From the NCBI GenBank assembly GCA_964458775.1, contig CAYWLQ010000003.1, positions 17,923 to 81,922 on the forward strand: a stretch of 64,000 bases of DNA, given 5' to 3'. Source of the DNA: an uncultured Myxococcales bacterium. GTDB lineage: Bacteria; Myxococcota_A; Polyangia; JAAYKL01. Within the stretch, counting starts at the first letter, position 1. Each line of letters opens with the position of its first letter. A program made the position numbers and the translations under genes. The notes below the pieces were generated by a model that was not told the DNA's origin, did no database searches, and saw only the letters and a program-made list of their open reading frames with translations. Positions 35,052 through 43,792 of this stretch are shown one piece after another.

Positions 35052-37767
35052 GGGTCGAATCTCCAGACTTCATAATTCGCCTATAGCGCATCTCGAATGC
35101 CTGCGCGCCGCCTTCCATGACACGACAGATTTCGTCTCTTACTTTTCTTTCCTGTAGACCGCCTTCGCATCCGATGTGCGTGGTTCCACCGCCGGGAACG
35201 AGTGACACGATCTGCTCCGCATCCCCATGTACCACGACGTTTGGATTGTGGGTTACCACGATAATTTGTCGCTCGGATTTTGTCTCTCGAAGGCGTCGAA
35301 CTACCAGTCCGTAAATCAGCGTGTTGTCCAAATCGTCCTCGGGCTGATCGAGAATGATCGGCTCTTTGCCATATCCAAGGACAAACGCGAGCAATGCAGC
35401 GGTTTTCTGTCCCGCAGAACCCTGTTCGATGGGCCTCCAAGCTCCACTTGATGTGGGCTCCTTGAATTTGACAGATACAGAGTCCTCCGGAAGAAACAGC
35501 GCAAGGCGATCCAGCCGTTCCGGTTGGGTTTTCTGAAGTGCGTTTGCAAATCTGTGGTCTTTTACGCTCCATCCTTGGCGTTCATCAGAAACGAACGCAT
35601 TCATTTTTTGAATGATCGCATCCAATGATTCATAGCTCCACGGTTGTTGATTCGTTGAAATTTGGTTTGCAAGTGAATGATAGTCCTCTTCAAATTTCGC
35701 GGAAAACCCAAGGACACCTCTGAGAAATTGTTTAATAGTCTCTGTTGAACAAGACCCGCAGTACTCGACATCAACTCGGATCAGCTCACTTGTGCTGTTG
35801 CTGATAAGCGATTTACGTCGTGCGGTAAGACTTTTGCGCGTTTCTCTATATCGGCTGAGTACATTCTTCGCTTCTTTGTCTATTGTCTCAGCATTTGCAC
35901 GCTGCTTTTCGAGACCGGCAATCTCCGTTTCGAGGCTCGCCGCCCTTTCAAGCAGCTCGCGGTATTCGTCAGGGCTTCCGATACCGGCACTTTCCAATTG
36001 CTCGGATACCTCCTGAAAAGCCGATTCGCTCGCGTGTACCGTCTCTCGCCAGACCGCCATATCCGCACCCGCCAGTATGGTTTCGATAGTTGTTTTTGTA
36101 TCCGCGATTTTTTGTACGACAACGGATTGCAAATCCATGACCACGGCGCGTGTAGCACTGTGCGCATTTAAAAGGGCGCGTATCCCAGGCGTATCCTCTT
36201 GTTCACCGCCGAGGTCGATATCTGCGGCCGCCAGCTCTTCGACCGATTGGCTGACACGCTCAATGCCTTCCATCGTGGTCTCAACGATAGCTGACCAAAA
36301 ACCATCCAGGCGTCTTCGCTTTCTGTATTCTCCGAGAACTTGGGCATGGCCGCCTTGCTGCAATAGCAAGAGCTTGCGTTTCACGTCTTCCAAGATTGCT
36401 TTTCGTCCAGGAATATTTGAAGCCGACGCCCTCAATGAACGCGCATCGGCCCGCAAAGAGAGATATCGATTTTCGAGCTCTTTGAGTGTCCTACGAAGTT
36501 CGACACCGCGAACCTCCTCGCTGTCGTCGATAACAGTAAGCAGCGCATCGGGATCAAGCGCCAACTGAAAAAGCTGTTTTTGACTGTAGATTCGAACAGG
36601 AAACCGTTCCCATACATCTCCTTCTTCGATGACTCTTTCGTTTTTTTCACATCTGACAATAGCCGGAACAATTCCCTGTTGGTCCCACGTGACAACAAAA
36701 CGCTCGCCGTCTTTTCTATAGAGAACTTCGACCACGGTATCCGGCGTCAGCAATCCCTCGTCCATGCGCCCGGTCGGCACACGCACGCGCTTTTCATATG
36801 CGTCTCTCAGTGAATCTTTATCCTTCTCGCCGAGCTCGTTTTCACGCCGAAGCGCCGCTCGAATGAGGTCGACGGCGGTGGATTTGCCGGCGCCTCTACC
36901 GCCGATAATACTGCTCAACCATGGGTTGAATTGGATTTTTAAAGGACTTTGACGCCCCATGAATTTCGCTTTGGACACCGAGACACTTTCGATAACGCAA
37001 GATGCATGTCGATTTGGGTCGGAAGACGCCAACTGCAAAGATGCATTGCCGTCGAGGAGAGAAAGCCGAAGCCCCTCGATATTTGGGGTCGTCATCTTTA
37101 CCCAAGTAAACCGTCGGCCCATTTCCGCTAACCGATGGCTGTCCGATCCGTGCAGCTGCGGAATTACTCGTTTGATTTCAGGTCGACTTCCATCCAACCA
37201 TGTTGTATCGGTTGGGAAGGCCGGAACCGGCTCGACCTCCGCAGCAAGCAATCGCCGATGACACAATTCCTTGATACGCTGTTGGCCGTCGTGTTCTAGA
37301 AGACCGGAAGGCTTGTTGATGTGGGCTCCGATCACCAGAACATCGTCCCCGCCGATATCGAAGAGCTGTTCCACACTAAGAGACGACCGCGCGGCTTGTT
37401 CACCGCGAGAATCTACCGGGACGTGTGCTTTGGACAGCAGGTCATCCACATGCGAAGCGGCGCAGACCGGATCGAAAATAAACAGTAAGTGCGTTCCGTC
37501 GCAAGCTGTCAGCTCAACGCCGGGAAATATCACCGGTGCGCCTTCAACTTCTACCGCTGCCGATTTCAGTGGGTCGATTCCGGCGCTCGTGTTGTGATCG
37601 GTTACGGCAATCGCGTGAAGCCCCGCGTCGCGGGCCGCCTCAACCCATTTTTTCCAGTCCTTTGCATTTCTGTCTTCCTCCGGCATGAAATCATAGGATG
37701 CGAAGGTGTGCGCATGTAAATCTATTTTCCACCATCTAGACCCCGGCCAATTCCATGATACAGTCAT
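35044..37767 (-). CDS. PHP phosphoesterase fused to coiled-coil ABC/SMC-like ATPase (PplA-like)
   Basis: 907 aa. The PHP motifs are DLHAHT, VTDHN, GVELT, IGAHI and HGSDSH (aa ~14-235). Walker A is GGRGAGKST (aa 289-297). A coiled-coil-like region of about 480 aa follows. The C-terminus has GSAGQKTAALLAF, Walker B PIILDQPEDDLD and VVTHNPN. GGAGGT RBS lies 8 nt upstream of the ATG. Confidence 0.85.
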   Translation of the reverse strand: MTVSWNWPGSRWWKIDLHAHTFASYDFMPEEDRNAKDWKKWVEAARDAGLHAIAVTDHNTSAGIDPLKSAAVEVEGAPVIFPGVELTACDGTHLLFIFDPVCAASHVDDLLSKAHVPVDSRGEQAARSSLSVEQLFDIGGDDVLVIGAHINKPSGLLEHDGQQRIKELCHRRLLAAEVEPVPAFPTDTTWLDGSRPEIKRVIPQLHGSDSHRLAEMGRRFTWVKMTTPNIEGLRLSLLDGNASLQLASSDPNRHASCVIESVSVSKAKFMGRQSPLKIQFNPWLSSIIGGRGAGKSTAVDLIRAALRRENELGEKDKDSLRDAYEKRVRVPTGRMDEGLLTPDTVVEVLYRKDGERFVVTWDQQGIVPAIVRCEKNERVIEEGDVWERFPVRIYSQKQLFQLALDPDALLTVIDDSEEVRGVELRRTLKELENRYLSLRADARSLRASASNIPGRKAILEDVKRKLLLLQQGGHAQVLGEYRKRRRLDGFWSAIVETTMEGIERVSQSVEELAAADIDLGGEQEDTPGIRALLNAHSATRAVVMDLQSVVVQKIADTKTTIETILAGADMAVWRETVHASESAFQEVSEQLESAGIGSPDEYRELLERAASLETEIAGLEKQRANAETIDKEAKNVLSRYRETRKSLTARRKSLISNSTSELIRVDVEYCGSCSTETIKQFLRGVLGFSAKFEEDYHSLANQISTNQQPWSYESLDAIIQKMNAFVSDERQGWSVKDHRFANALQKTQPERLDRLALFLPEDSVSVKFKEPTSSGAWRPIEQGSAGQKTAALLAFVLGYGKEPIILDQPEDDLDNTLIYGLVVRRLRETKSERQIIVVTHNPNVVVHGDAEQIVSLVPGGGTTHIGCEGGLQERKVRDEICRVMEGGAQAFEMRYRRIMKSGDSTHE

Positions 37768-38182
37768 TGCTTGTTACCTCCGTCTCTAAATCGTGGTAAA
37801 CTGAGGAATTTGCTGTACTATCAGGTCTTGTCTCCCTCGCTTTTTTCAATGAAAACACCTCTTCGCATCGGTATCCAAGACTAAAACTGAAAGTCACAAT
37901 CTCAACTTATCGTAAACGGGAAAAATCGTCCAGACAAAGACTTTTGAGATTGATTGATTTACTTTCTGTTAAGAGCGGCTGTTGCAAAAAAAAAATATTA
38001 ATAACAGTTATGGGTAAAGACAAGATTTTACAGGGTTTTCAAGAGGTTATAACTAAACTCAATACAGCCTACATACCGCGAGAACAGAGCTTTATTTAAC
38101 TTTTGCATTACCGACAAAGATAATTCAAACAACTCAAATTGAGTGATTGAGAAGTTGCTTTTACCCTGGTACCTTTCGCTTT

Positions 38183-39334
38183 ATGAAATCGGATTACTCA
38201 GAAATAATATCTTCTAACTGTTATGTAGAAATCAATACAGACAACCTTGCTCACAATGCTTCGATCTTTCGGGCTTTGGCGGGTAGTGAGCGCAAATTGG
38301 CTGCTGTGGTTAAAGCTAATGCTTACGGACACGGCATGGTTGAGACCGCAAAAACTCTTGTTAATGCAGGAGCGGACTGGCTTGCTGTCTTTTCTATAGA
38401 AGAGGGTTTGATTCTGCGAAATGGCGGAATAGACCTCCCTATTCTTGTTCTCGGTCCTCCTTCACCGGGGCGCATTCTTGATGCTGTACATGCCGATTTG
38501 AGACTTACGGCGGCTTCTCCTGACACGGCATTACGTATTGCAGAGTATAGCAGGGGGCGTGCTGCGGTTCACCTAAAAATAGAAACAGGAACCAATCGAC
38601 AAGGGCTAAGGTCTGAAGAACTGATTTCTACAGCAAAGGCTCTTGCTGATAAAGGTGTGTTTATAGAAGGTGCCTACACTCATTTTGCCGACATAGAGGA
38701 TACCACCGACCATGCTTTTGCCGAAACCCAACTGTCTGCTTTTAAACTTGCGGTGGATACTTTAAGACAAGAAGGTCACAAGATTCCCATACCCCACACA
38801 GCATGTTCTGCTGCCGCTATTTTGTTTCCGGATACCTATTTTCAAATGCTCCGCGTAGGTATTGCGCTTTACGGACTTTGGCCCTCTCGCGAAACCAAGG
38901 TGTCGGCAAAAATGTTGGGGCGTAACGACATGGATTTGAGACCCGTAATGTCGGCCAAAACCTATGTTTCGCAAATTCACACAGTGGAAAAAGGTCAGTA
39001 TGTGGGCTACGGGCGCTCTTTTAGAACCACCAGAGATACCAGAATAGCTGTTTTGCCTGTCGGCTATGCGGACGGATATGACAGGGCATTATCAAATAGG
39101 GCGCATGTATTAATCAGAGGTGTCAGAGCTCCAGTGCGAGGAAGAATTTGTATGAACCTTACCATGGTAGATGTAACCGACATAGAAGATGCTGTTACGG
39201 GTGATGAAGCGGTTCTTTTGGGCAGTCAAGGAAAGGAGCTGATTACCTCCGAATTTTTGGCCGAAACCGCCGGAACCATCAACTATGAAATAGTTACACG
39301 CATAATGCCTCATGCCGAACGAGTGTTTAAATAA
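38183..39334 (+). CDS. alr: Alanine racemase
   Basis: The PLP-lysine motif is AVVKANAYGHG and the overall pattern is typical Alr (YVEINTDNLAHN..., RVGIALYGLWPS, GYGRSF, PVGYADGY). ATG 38183 is preferred to the TTG at 38147. Confidence 0.9.
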   Translation: MKSDYSEIISSNCYVEINTDNLAHNASIFRALAGSERKLAAVVKANAYGHGMVETAKTLVNAGADWLAVFSIEEGLILRNGGIDLPILVLGPPSPGRILDAVHADLRLTAASPDTALRIAEYSRGRAAVHLKIETGTNRQGLRSEELISTAKALADKGVFIEGAYTHFADIEDTTDHAFAETQLSAFKLAVDTLRQEGHKIPIPHTACSAAAILFPDTYFQMLRVGIALYGLWPSRETKVSAKMLGRNDMDLRPVMSAKTYVSQIHTVEKGQYVGYGRSFRTTRDTRIAVLPVGYADGYDRALSNRAHVLIRGVRAPVRGRICMNLTMVDVTDIEDAVTGDEAVLLGSQGKELITSEFLAETAGTINYEIVTRIMPHAERVFK

Positions 39335-39410
39335 AAACAATTACAGTCGCTAAATTGCGAACATGACCTTATTCGCGCTATTATGTCTGTGTATGAAGGG
39401 AGGCTATATT

Positions 39411-40040
39411 ATGTACAAACGGCAATTTGCCTTTTTATTTTGTGTACTTGTCTTGGTCGGACTTGTCGGAAAAGTTGAGGCTGCCAGTCCTGATGAGTGG
39501 AGAAAAACGGAAGAAAAAGCTGACACTGATGTACGAAAACTTGAACTTAGACAGAACTACACAGGCGTTACTCCAGGTAAAGGCAATAATCTTCCTCGGG
39601 TTGAAGAACTAAAAGGACGTTCAGAAGCTTGGGTTACCTGGCCGGGATTCATGCTTATGGAAGACGGCGGATCTAGGATTTTCGTGCAGGCCACTGAGTC
39701 ATTGAAATATATAATCAAGGACAAAGGAACTGTTATTATATTATCTTTAAGAAATGCCAAAGTTCATCTCACCAACAACAGAAACCCGCTGGTAACAACT
39801 CACTTCAATACACCGTTAAAAAGGGCTTATATAAAGAAACGCAAAAAAGAGATTCAATTGGTAATGGAACTTAAAGTTTCTATTAATCCGCAAATAAGTC
39901 GAATGACGGATAATGACGGGTATCACTACATGTTTATTGATTTTCCGCCCGGTGAATACCCGATAGCAGATTCCGGTTCACAACGACCGACCTTTTCTGA
40001 CGGTTCATCAACTGACGAAACCCCGCCGGCAAATTTCTAG
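39411..40040 (+). CDS. Secreted protein with possible AMIN-like domain
   Basis: ATG 39411 has GAAGGGAGG upstream. The signal peptide ends GKVEA followed by A. The region SRIFVQATESLKYIIKDKGTVIILSLRNAKV resembles AMIN domains, but weakly. Confidence 0.45.
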   Translation: MYKRQFAFLFCVLVLVGLVGKVEAASPDEWRKTEEKADTDVRKLELRQNYTGVTPGKGNNLPRVEELKGRSEAWVTWPGFMLMEDGGSRIFVQATESLKYIIKDKGTVIILSLRNAKVHLTNNRNPLVTTHFNTPLKRAYIKKRKKEIQLVMELKVSINPQISRMTDNDGYHYMFIDFPPGEYPIADSGSQRPTFSDGSSTDETPPANF

Positions 40041-40077
40041 TATAAAGCTATTTGTTATATAACCAGGTGCGGAAATA

Positions 40078-41508
40078 TTAGTCTTTTTTCTTTTCAGCGG
40101 CGCGGCGGGTTTCGAGTTCGTCTACAATCTGCTTCATTTTCTTTTCGTTAAGCGGATAGACTATCATTGCTATTGTGGCCAGTGCGGCTCCGATTGCGGG
40201 AATCCAGCTCATCATCGACTTGAGGCCTTGCAACGTTGTGGTATTTTGATCGGCATTTGCTTCGTACCCGAACCATGACAACAAGGCTCCTCCCAGCATT
40301 CCTCCTACGGTCCAACCAAGGGATTGAGCTAGAGATGATGCGGACATAACAAGACCAGTTGCTCGACGACCGTCTTTCCATTCAGAATAGTCAACTGCGT
40401 CTGTGTACATAGCAAAAACCAACGGAGTAGTCGGTCCCATAAAAACGCTAACCAAGGTTTGAAGAATAAATATGGTTAGAATGGCATCGGGCGGAATCCA
40501 GTAGTAGATGATTGTCAAACCGGCCGAAAGACCCATCAGTACAATATAAGCGACCTTTTTGCCCAGTTTCTTGGTCATCGTTCCGGTAAGAAGGATCGTT
40601 CCCACTATGGCTGCAATCATGCCTATGCCGTTAAACCATCCCATAAGAGTTTCAACGCTTCTTACAGCACCGAAGAGCGGTTGCTCACCGACATAGTATT
40701 TAATGTAGAAAGCAGCAGTGGCGTTTCTCATTGATACATAAGAGAGGGTGAATAATCCCAACAAGAAAAGAATAAGCCATGGAACATTTGTAATAATATT
40801 CTTGATGTCTTGAAGTAGGTTTGTCTCTTGGTTTGCCGGAGGTTTGATGCGCTCTTTTGATGTTGTATAAGTAATAAACCAAAGAACTACGGATAGAGCG
40901 GCAAACAACCCCATAGCAAGCATATACCCTTGTTGACTGGCGGCTTTTTGAGCTTCCTGTGTAACCGCTCCGTCCATTCCGCCGAGCATTTTTACCATAT
41001 TAGGCAAGAAAAAGGCTATTACAGCGCCGGCACTGAAAGCTCCTACAAATCTAAACTGAGAAGCACTCGCACGCTCAATCGGATCAGGCGAAATTACACC
41101 CAACAATGAAGAATAAGGAATATTAATACCGGCATAAAGTAAGCCGAATGCTAAATAGGTAACATAGGCATAAATGAGTTTTCCGTCTGACGCTAAATCA
41201 GGAGTAAAAAAACATAGAGCGCCCACAATACCGTAGGGAACAGCCAACCACAAAATAAACGGTCTAAATTTCCCCCATTTGGTTTCTGTTCGGTCTGAGA
41301 TAACACCTACAACGAAAACGGCAACACTATCAAAAGAACGAATAATGCCGAACATGGCGGCAACAGCCACAGCACTGAGTCCAAAAGTATCAGTGTAAAA
41401 AATTGTTCCGTAAAAGATAAACGTCATCCAAAATAAGTTGGATGCGAAATCACCTCCGGCATAGCCTGCTTTTTCTTTAAAACTGAGCTTAATTGCATCT
41501 GTGTTCAT
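40078..41508 (-). CDS. MFS transporter, glycoside-pentoside-hexuronide:cation symporter (GPH) family
   Basis: 476 aa with about 12 TM helices. The N-terminus is GPH-type: KAGYAGGDFASNLFWMTFIFYGTIFYTDTFGLS. Confidence 0.85.
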   Translation of the reverse strand: MNTDAIKLSFKEKAGYAGGDFASNLFWMTFIFYGTIFYTDTFGLSAVAVAAMFGIIRSFDSVAVFVVGVISDRTETKWGKFRPFILWLAVPYGIVGALCFFTPDLASDGKLIYAYVTYLAFGLLYAGINIPYSSLLGVISPDPIERASASQFRFVGAFSAGAVIAFFLPNMVKMLGGMDGAVTQEAQKAASQQGYMLAMGLFAALSVVLWFITYTTSKERIKPPANQETNLLQDIKNIITNVPWLILFLLGLFTLSYVSMRNATAAFYIKYYVGEQPLFGAVRSVETLMGWFNGIGMIAAIVGTILLTGTMTKKLGKKVAYIVLMGLSAGLTIIYYWIPPDAILTIFILQTLVSVFMGPTTPLVFAMYTDAVDYSEWKDGRRATGLVMSASSLAQSLGWTVGGMLGGALLSWFGYEANADQNTTTLQGLKSMMSWIPAIGAALATIAMIVYPLNEKKMKQIVDELETRRAAEKKKD

Positions 41509-41733
41509 AAATACACCTCTCCAATCAAAAAAATTGTAGACCGATAATCGGTTTGGAATAATACAAGAACTTGAAAATATTTAAAAGTCATTTAGTATTA
41601 AATGATTATCTCTTAAGAAAAATTTGATAACCTGCTTAACACAGATTTAAAGTCAGTAATTTGTTTGAAAAACTGATTTGAAAAAACAATCACTTGTTTG
41701 AATTTTCAAGTGAGTCTTTCATGGAGGTCAAAT

Positions 41734-42015
41734 ATGAAAAAAAACATCGTTTCTTTGTACATGCTGTTTTTGATATTCTGTATTTTCAGCTGTGACAGCT
41801 CAGATGAAGATGAGAGGGGAGCATGTGCGAGTACAAATGCCATTCTTAATGAGTGTGTCGAAAACCGTCCGGAAGATGAGTGTTTGGAAAACAACGAGAA
41901 ACAATTGAACGGAGGAAGTTGGTCATGGCACAAAGGAACATCATGTTCCAGTCTCGGTTACACAAAGCTCTGCAATTACTCATATATTCGTCCAAGTGAC
42001 TCTTGTCCGTATTGA
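41734..42015 (+). CDS. Small Cys-rich lipoprotein
   Basis: ATG 41734 has GGAGGT 5 nt upstream. Lipobox CIFSC followed by D. The mature part of about 70 aa is acidic and has six further Cys. Confidence 0.55.
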   Translation: MKKNIVSLYMLFLIFCIFSCDSSDEDERGACASTNAILNECVENRPEDECLENNEKQLNGGSWSWHKGTSCSSLGYTKLCNYSYIRPSDSCPY

Positions 42016-42048
42016 TTTATGACTACAAAGAACGATAATTGTCTTTTC

Positions 42049-42819
42049 CTATGCGTATTTTCTGTTCAAAAAGTATTTGATTTCGCCCTCTTTGGTTAGG
42101 GGGATTATTTCATTACGATAAAATGCCATTATCTTTTCAGGCTGAATAAGTCTTCTTACGGATGGATTTATATGTCCCTGAATATGTTCGACTTTCTCGG
42201 CAACGCGGTTAAGAATGTGTTCTTCTACTTCGGCTCTGGTAAGAGCCTTCATCAATCCTTCTCTATCATTTGTTTCTGCCATACCTCGATACTTAGTCGG
42301 ATCAGATTGATATTTGGCTTCGGCAACATTGAGAGCCCCAAAATGAATTCTTCTCGCAACTGCCTGAAGTGCCATTACATCGTGTTCTACAGAAGAACCG
42401 TAGTGACCGTCTTCTTCTATCGGACAGATTTCCGGAATCAGCTTTAGATATGCCGGTAATATTTCATTTGTCATGCTTATGAGATCGTAACTGTCAATCA
42501 TCAAACCGGTATTTACCGATTGAATTTTGCGCTTAGGTGCTGAAAGATTTTTTGAAAAAGGGCGTTCTTCGGGAACAGTAAACCGTCCGAATACTGAATC
42601 GGTTTCCTCGTGCATGCGAAGTCTTATTTCAAGGAGACTTTTGTCTCCGGCACCCTCAAAACCGCTTAGGCCGGGTTGATAAACCGTTAAATTCGCAGCC
42701 GTTTGGGCTCTGTTCATCAGCGTAAATATTATGGTTTCTTCCAGGCCTTCCAAAACCGCTGCTATTTGGGCCAAATCGAATTTTCCGTTGTGATGTATAG
42801 GTTTTATGACAGAATTCAT
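42049..42819 (-). CDS. Chorismate mutase, AroQ class, eukaryotic (yeast Aro7-like) type
   Basis: ATG 42819 has GGAGAA upstream. Several stretches align by eye with S. cerevisiae Aro7 as I recall it. LAQIAAVLEGLEETIIFTLMNRAQ matches LQNIRDELVRMEDSIIFKFIERSHF. ALQAVARRIHFGALNVAEAKYQSDP matches CLQSLSRRIHFGKFVAEAKFQSDI. AFYRNEIIPLTKEGEIKYFLNR matches KIYKEIVIPITKEVEVEYLLRR. Confidence 0.8.
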   Translation of the reverse strand: MNSVIKPIHHNGKFDLAQIAAVLEGLEETIIFTLMNRAQTAANLTVYQPGLSGFEGAGDKSLLEIRLRMHEETDSVFGRFTVPEERPFSKNLSAPKRKIQSVNTGLMIDSYDLISMTNEILPAYLKLIPEICPIEEDGHYGSSVEHDVMALQAVARRIHFGALNVAEAKYQSDPTKYRGMAETNDREGLMKALTRAEVEEHILNRVAEKVEHIQGHINPSVRRLIQPEKIMAFYRNEIIPLTKEGEIKYFLNRKYA

Positions 42820-43012
42820 TGTTTTCTCCAAAACAGTTTTGTTTATAATAAGCTTTTTGTCGTAAAAAGCGACGCTTTTGCGAAGCGCCTTTTGTCAAAA
42901 ATAATTATTTCCTGAACGATTGTTCAATCTAAATTTTGCGTTCATTGTTTCTTTATGCTAAAGAATTTGAAATATATGTAAACACTCCATATCGACAAAG
43001 GAGAAGTGTATT

Positions 43013-43513
43013 ATGTTGCGAATTCAAAACGACAAAAGAAACACTGGTTCCTATTCTATAAACCTGTCGATATCGAACAAAAGTGTAAATGTTAAAAATC
43101 TTAATGATTTTTCGCAAACAAAATCATTAAATGAAAACGATTCGTCGCTTCCGACACTTCTTATTGTAGATGACGATGAAAATATCCTTAAAGTAGCTCA
43201 ACGTATGTTAGCCGGTGCTTTTAGTATAAAGACTGCTAAAAATGCTGTCGAAGGAGCTCGTTTACTGAAAGAAAATTACTTCAATGCTGTTTTAACCGAT
43301 TTTAACATGCCTGACCGAAACGGTTTGTGGCTGTTGGATATTGCGCGAAAAAGCAATCCGCAAATTAGGCGTGTTTTATTTTCCGGTGACGGTCCGGCAG
43401 ATATTTCCGAACACATGCAATCAGGACTAATCCACAAGTTTGTAGCAAAACCTTCCGGTAAAAAAGAGCTGACAGCTGCGCTAAAATATTATGACGGATG
43501 TCATACTGTCTAA
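43013..43513 (+). CDS. Single-domain response regulator (receiver) with N-terminal extension of about 45 aa
   Basis: The receiver motifs are LLIVDDDE, the phospho-acceptor context AVLTDFNMPDRNG, VLFSGD and FVAKP. AAAGGAGAAG RBS. Confidence 0.8.
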   Translation: MLRIQNDKRNTGSYSINLSISNKSVNVKNLNDFSQTKSLNENDSSLPTLLIVDDDENILKVAQRMLAGAFSIKTAKNAVEGARLLKENYFNAVLTDFNMPDRNGLWLLDIARKSNPQIRRVLFSGDGPADISEHMQSGLIHKFVAKPSGKKELTAALKYYDGCHTV

Positions 43514-43792
43514 AGTTTCAGTTGTCTTTTTCTGTAACTTTTAAAAAATGCAGGTGAAAAAAATCCCCCCTCAAAGGAAAGTCTATTTTTGTTCTTGGCT
43601 TTGGCTGCCGGTAAAGGCCTTTTAAAACAGAGGGACATTACTAGAGAAGGTATAAACCGCTAACCTATCGAAGAACCTGTTTTCCCAAACGGTTTTTGAG
43701 AAGTTACTTTTTTCTTTTACAAGTTGCTATACATTATATGCTTTATTGTTAAAACGAGGTATTAATAAGAGCCTGGAGGGTGAATTTATTTT

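Noticed and set aside
33955-37719. About two dozen overlapping ORFs of 60-163 aa on both strands in the ORF track
   Set aside because: All lie inside or antisense to the two long minus-strand genes (33807..35051 and 35044..37767). Their translations are Arg/Ser/Pro-rich and have no recognisable motifs. They are the expected by-product of stop-poor GC-rich DNA, and I used them only as evidence of the compositional shift.
38011-38100. A 29-codon ORF (MGKDKILQGFQEVITKLNTAYIPREQSFI) in the spacer between the insert and alr
   Set aside because: It has no Shine-Dalgarno, is short and has no recognisable features, so it cannot be supported.
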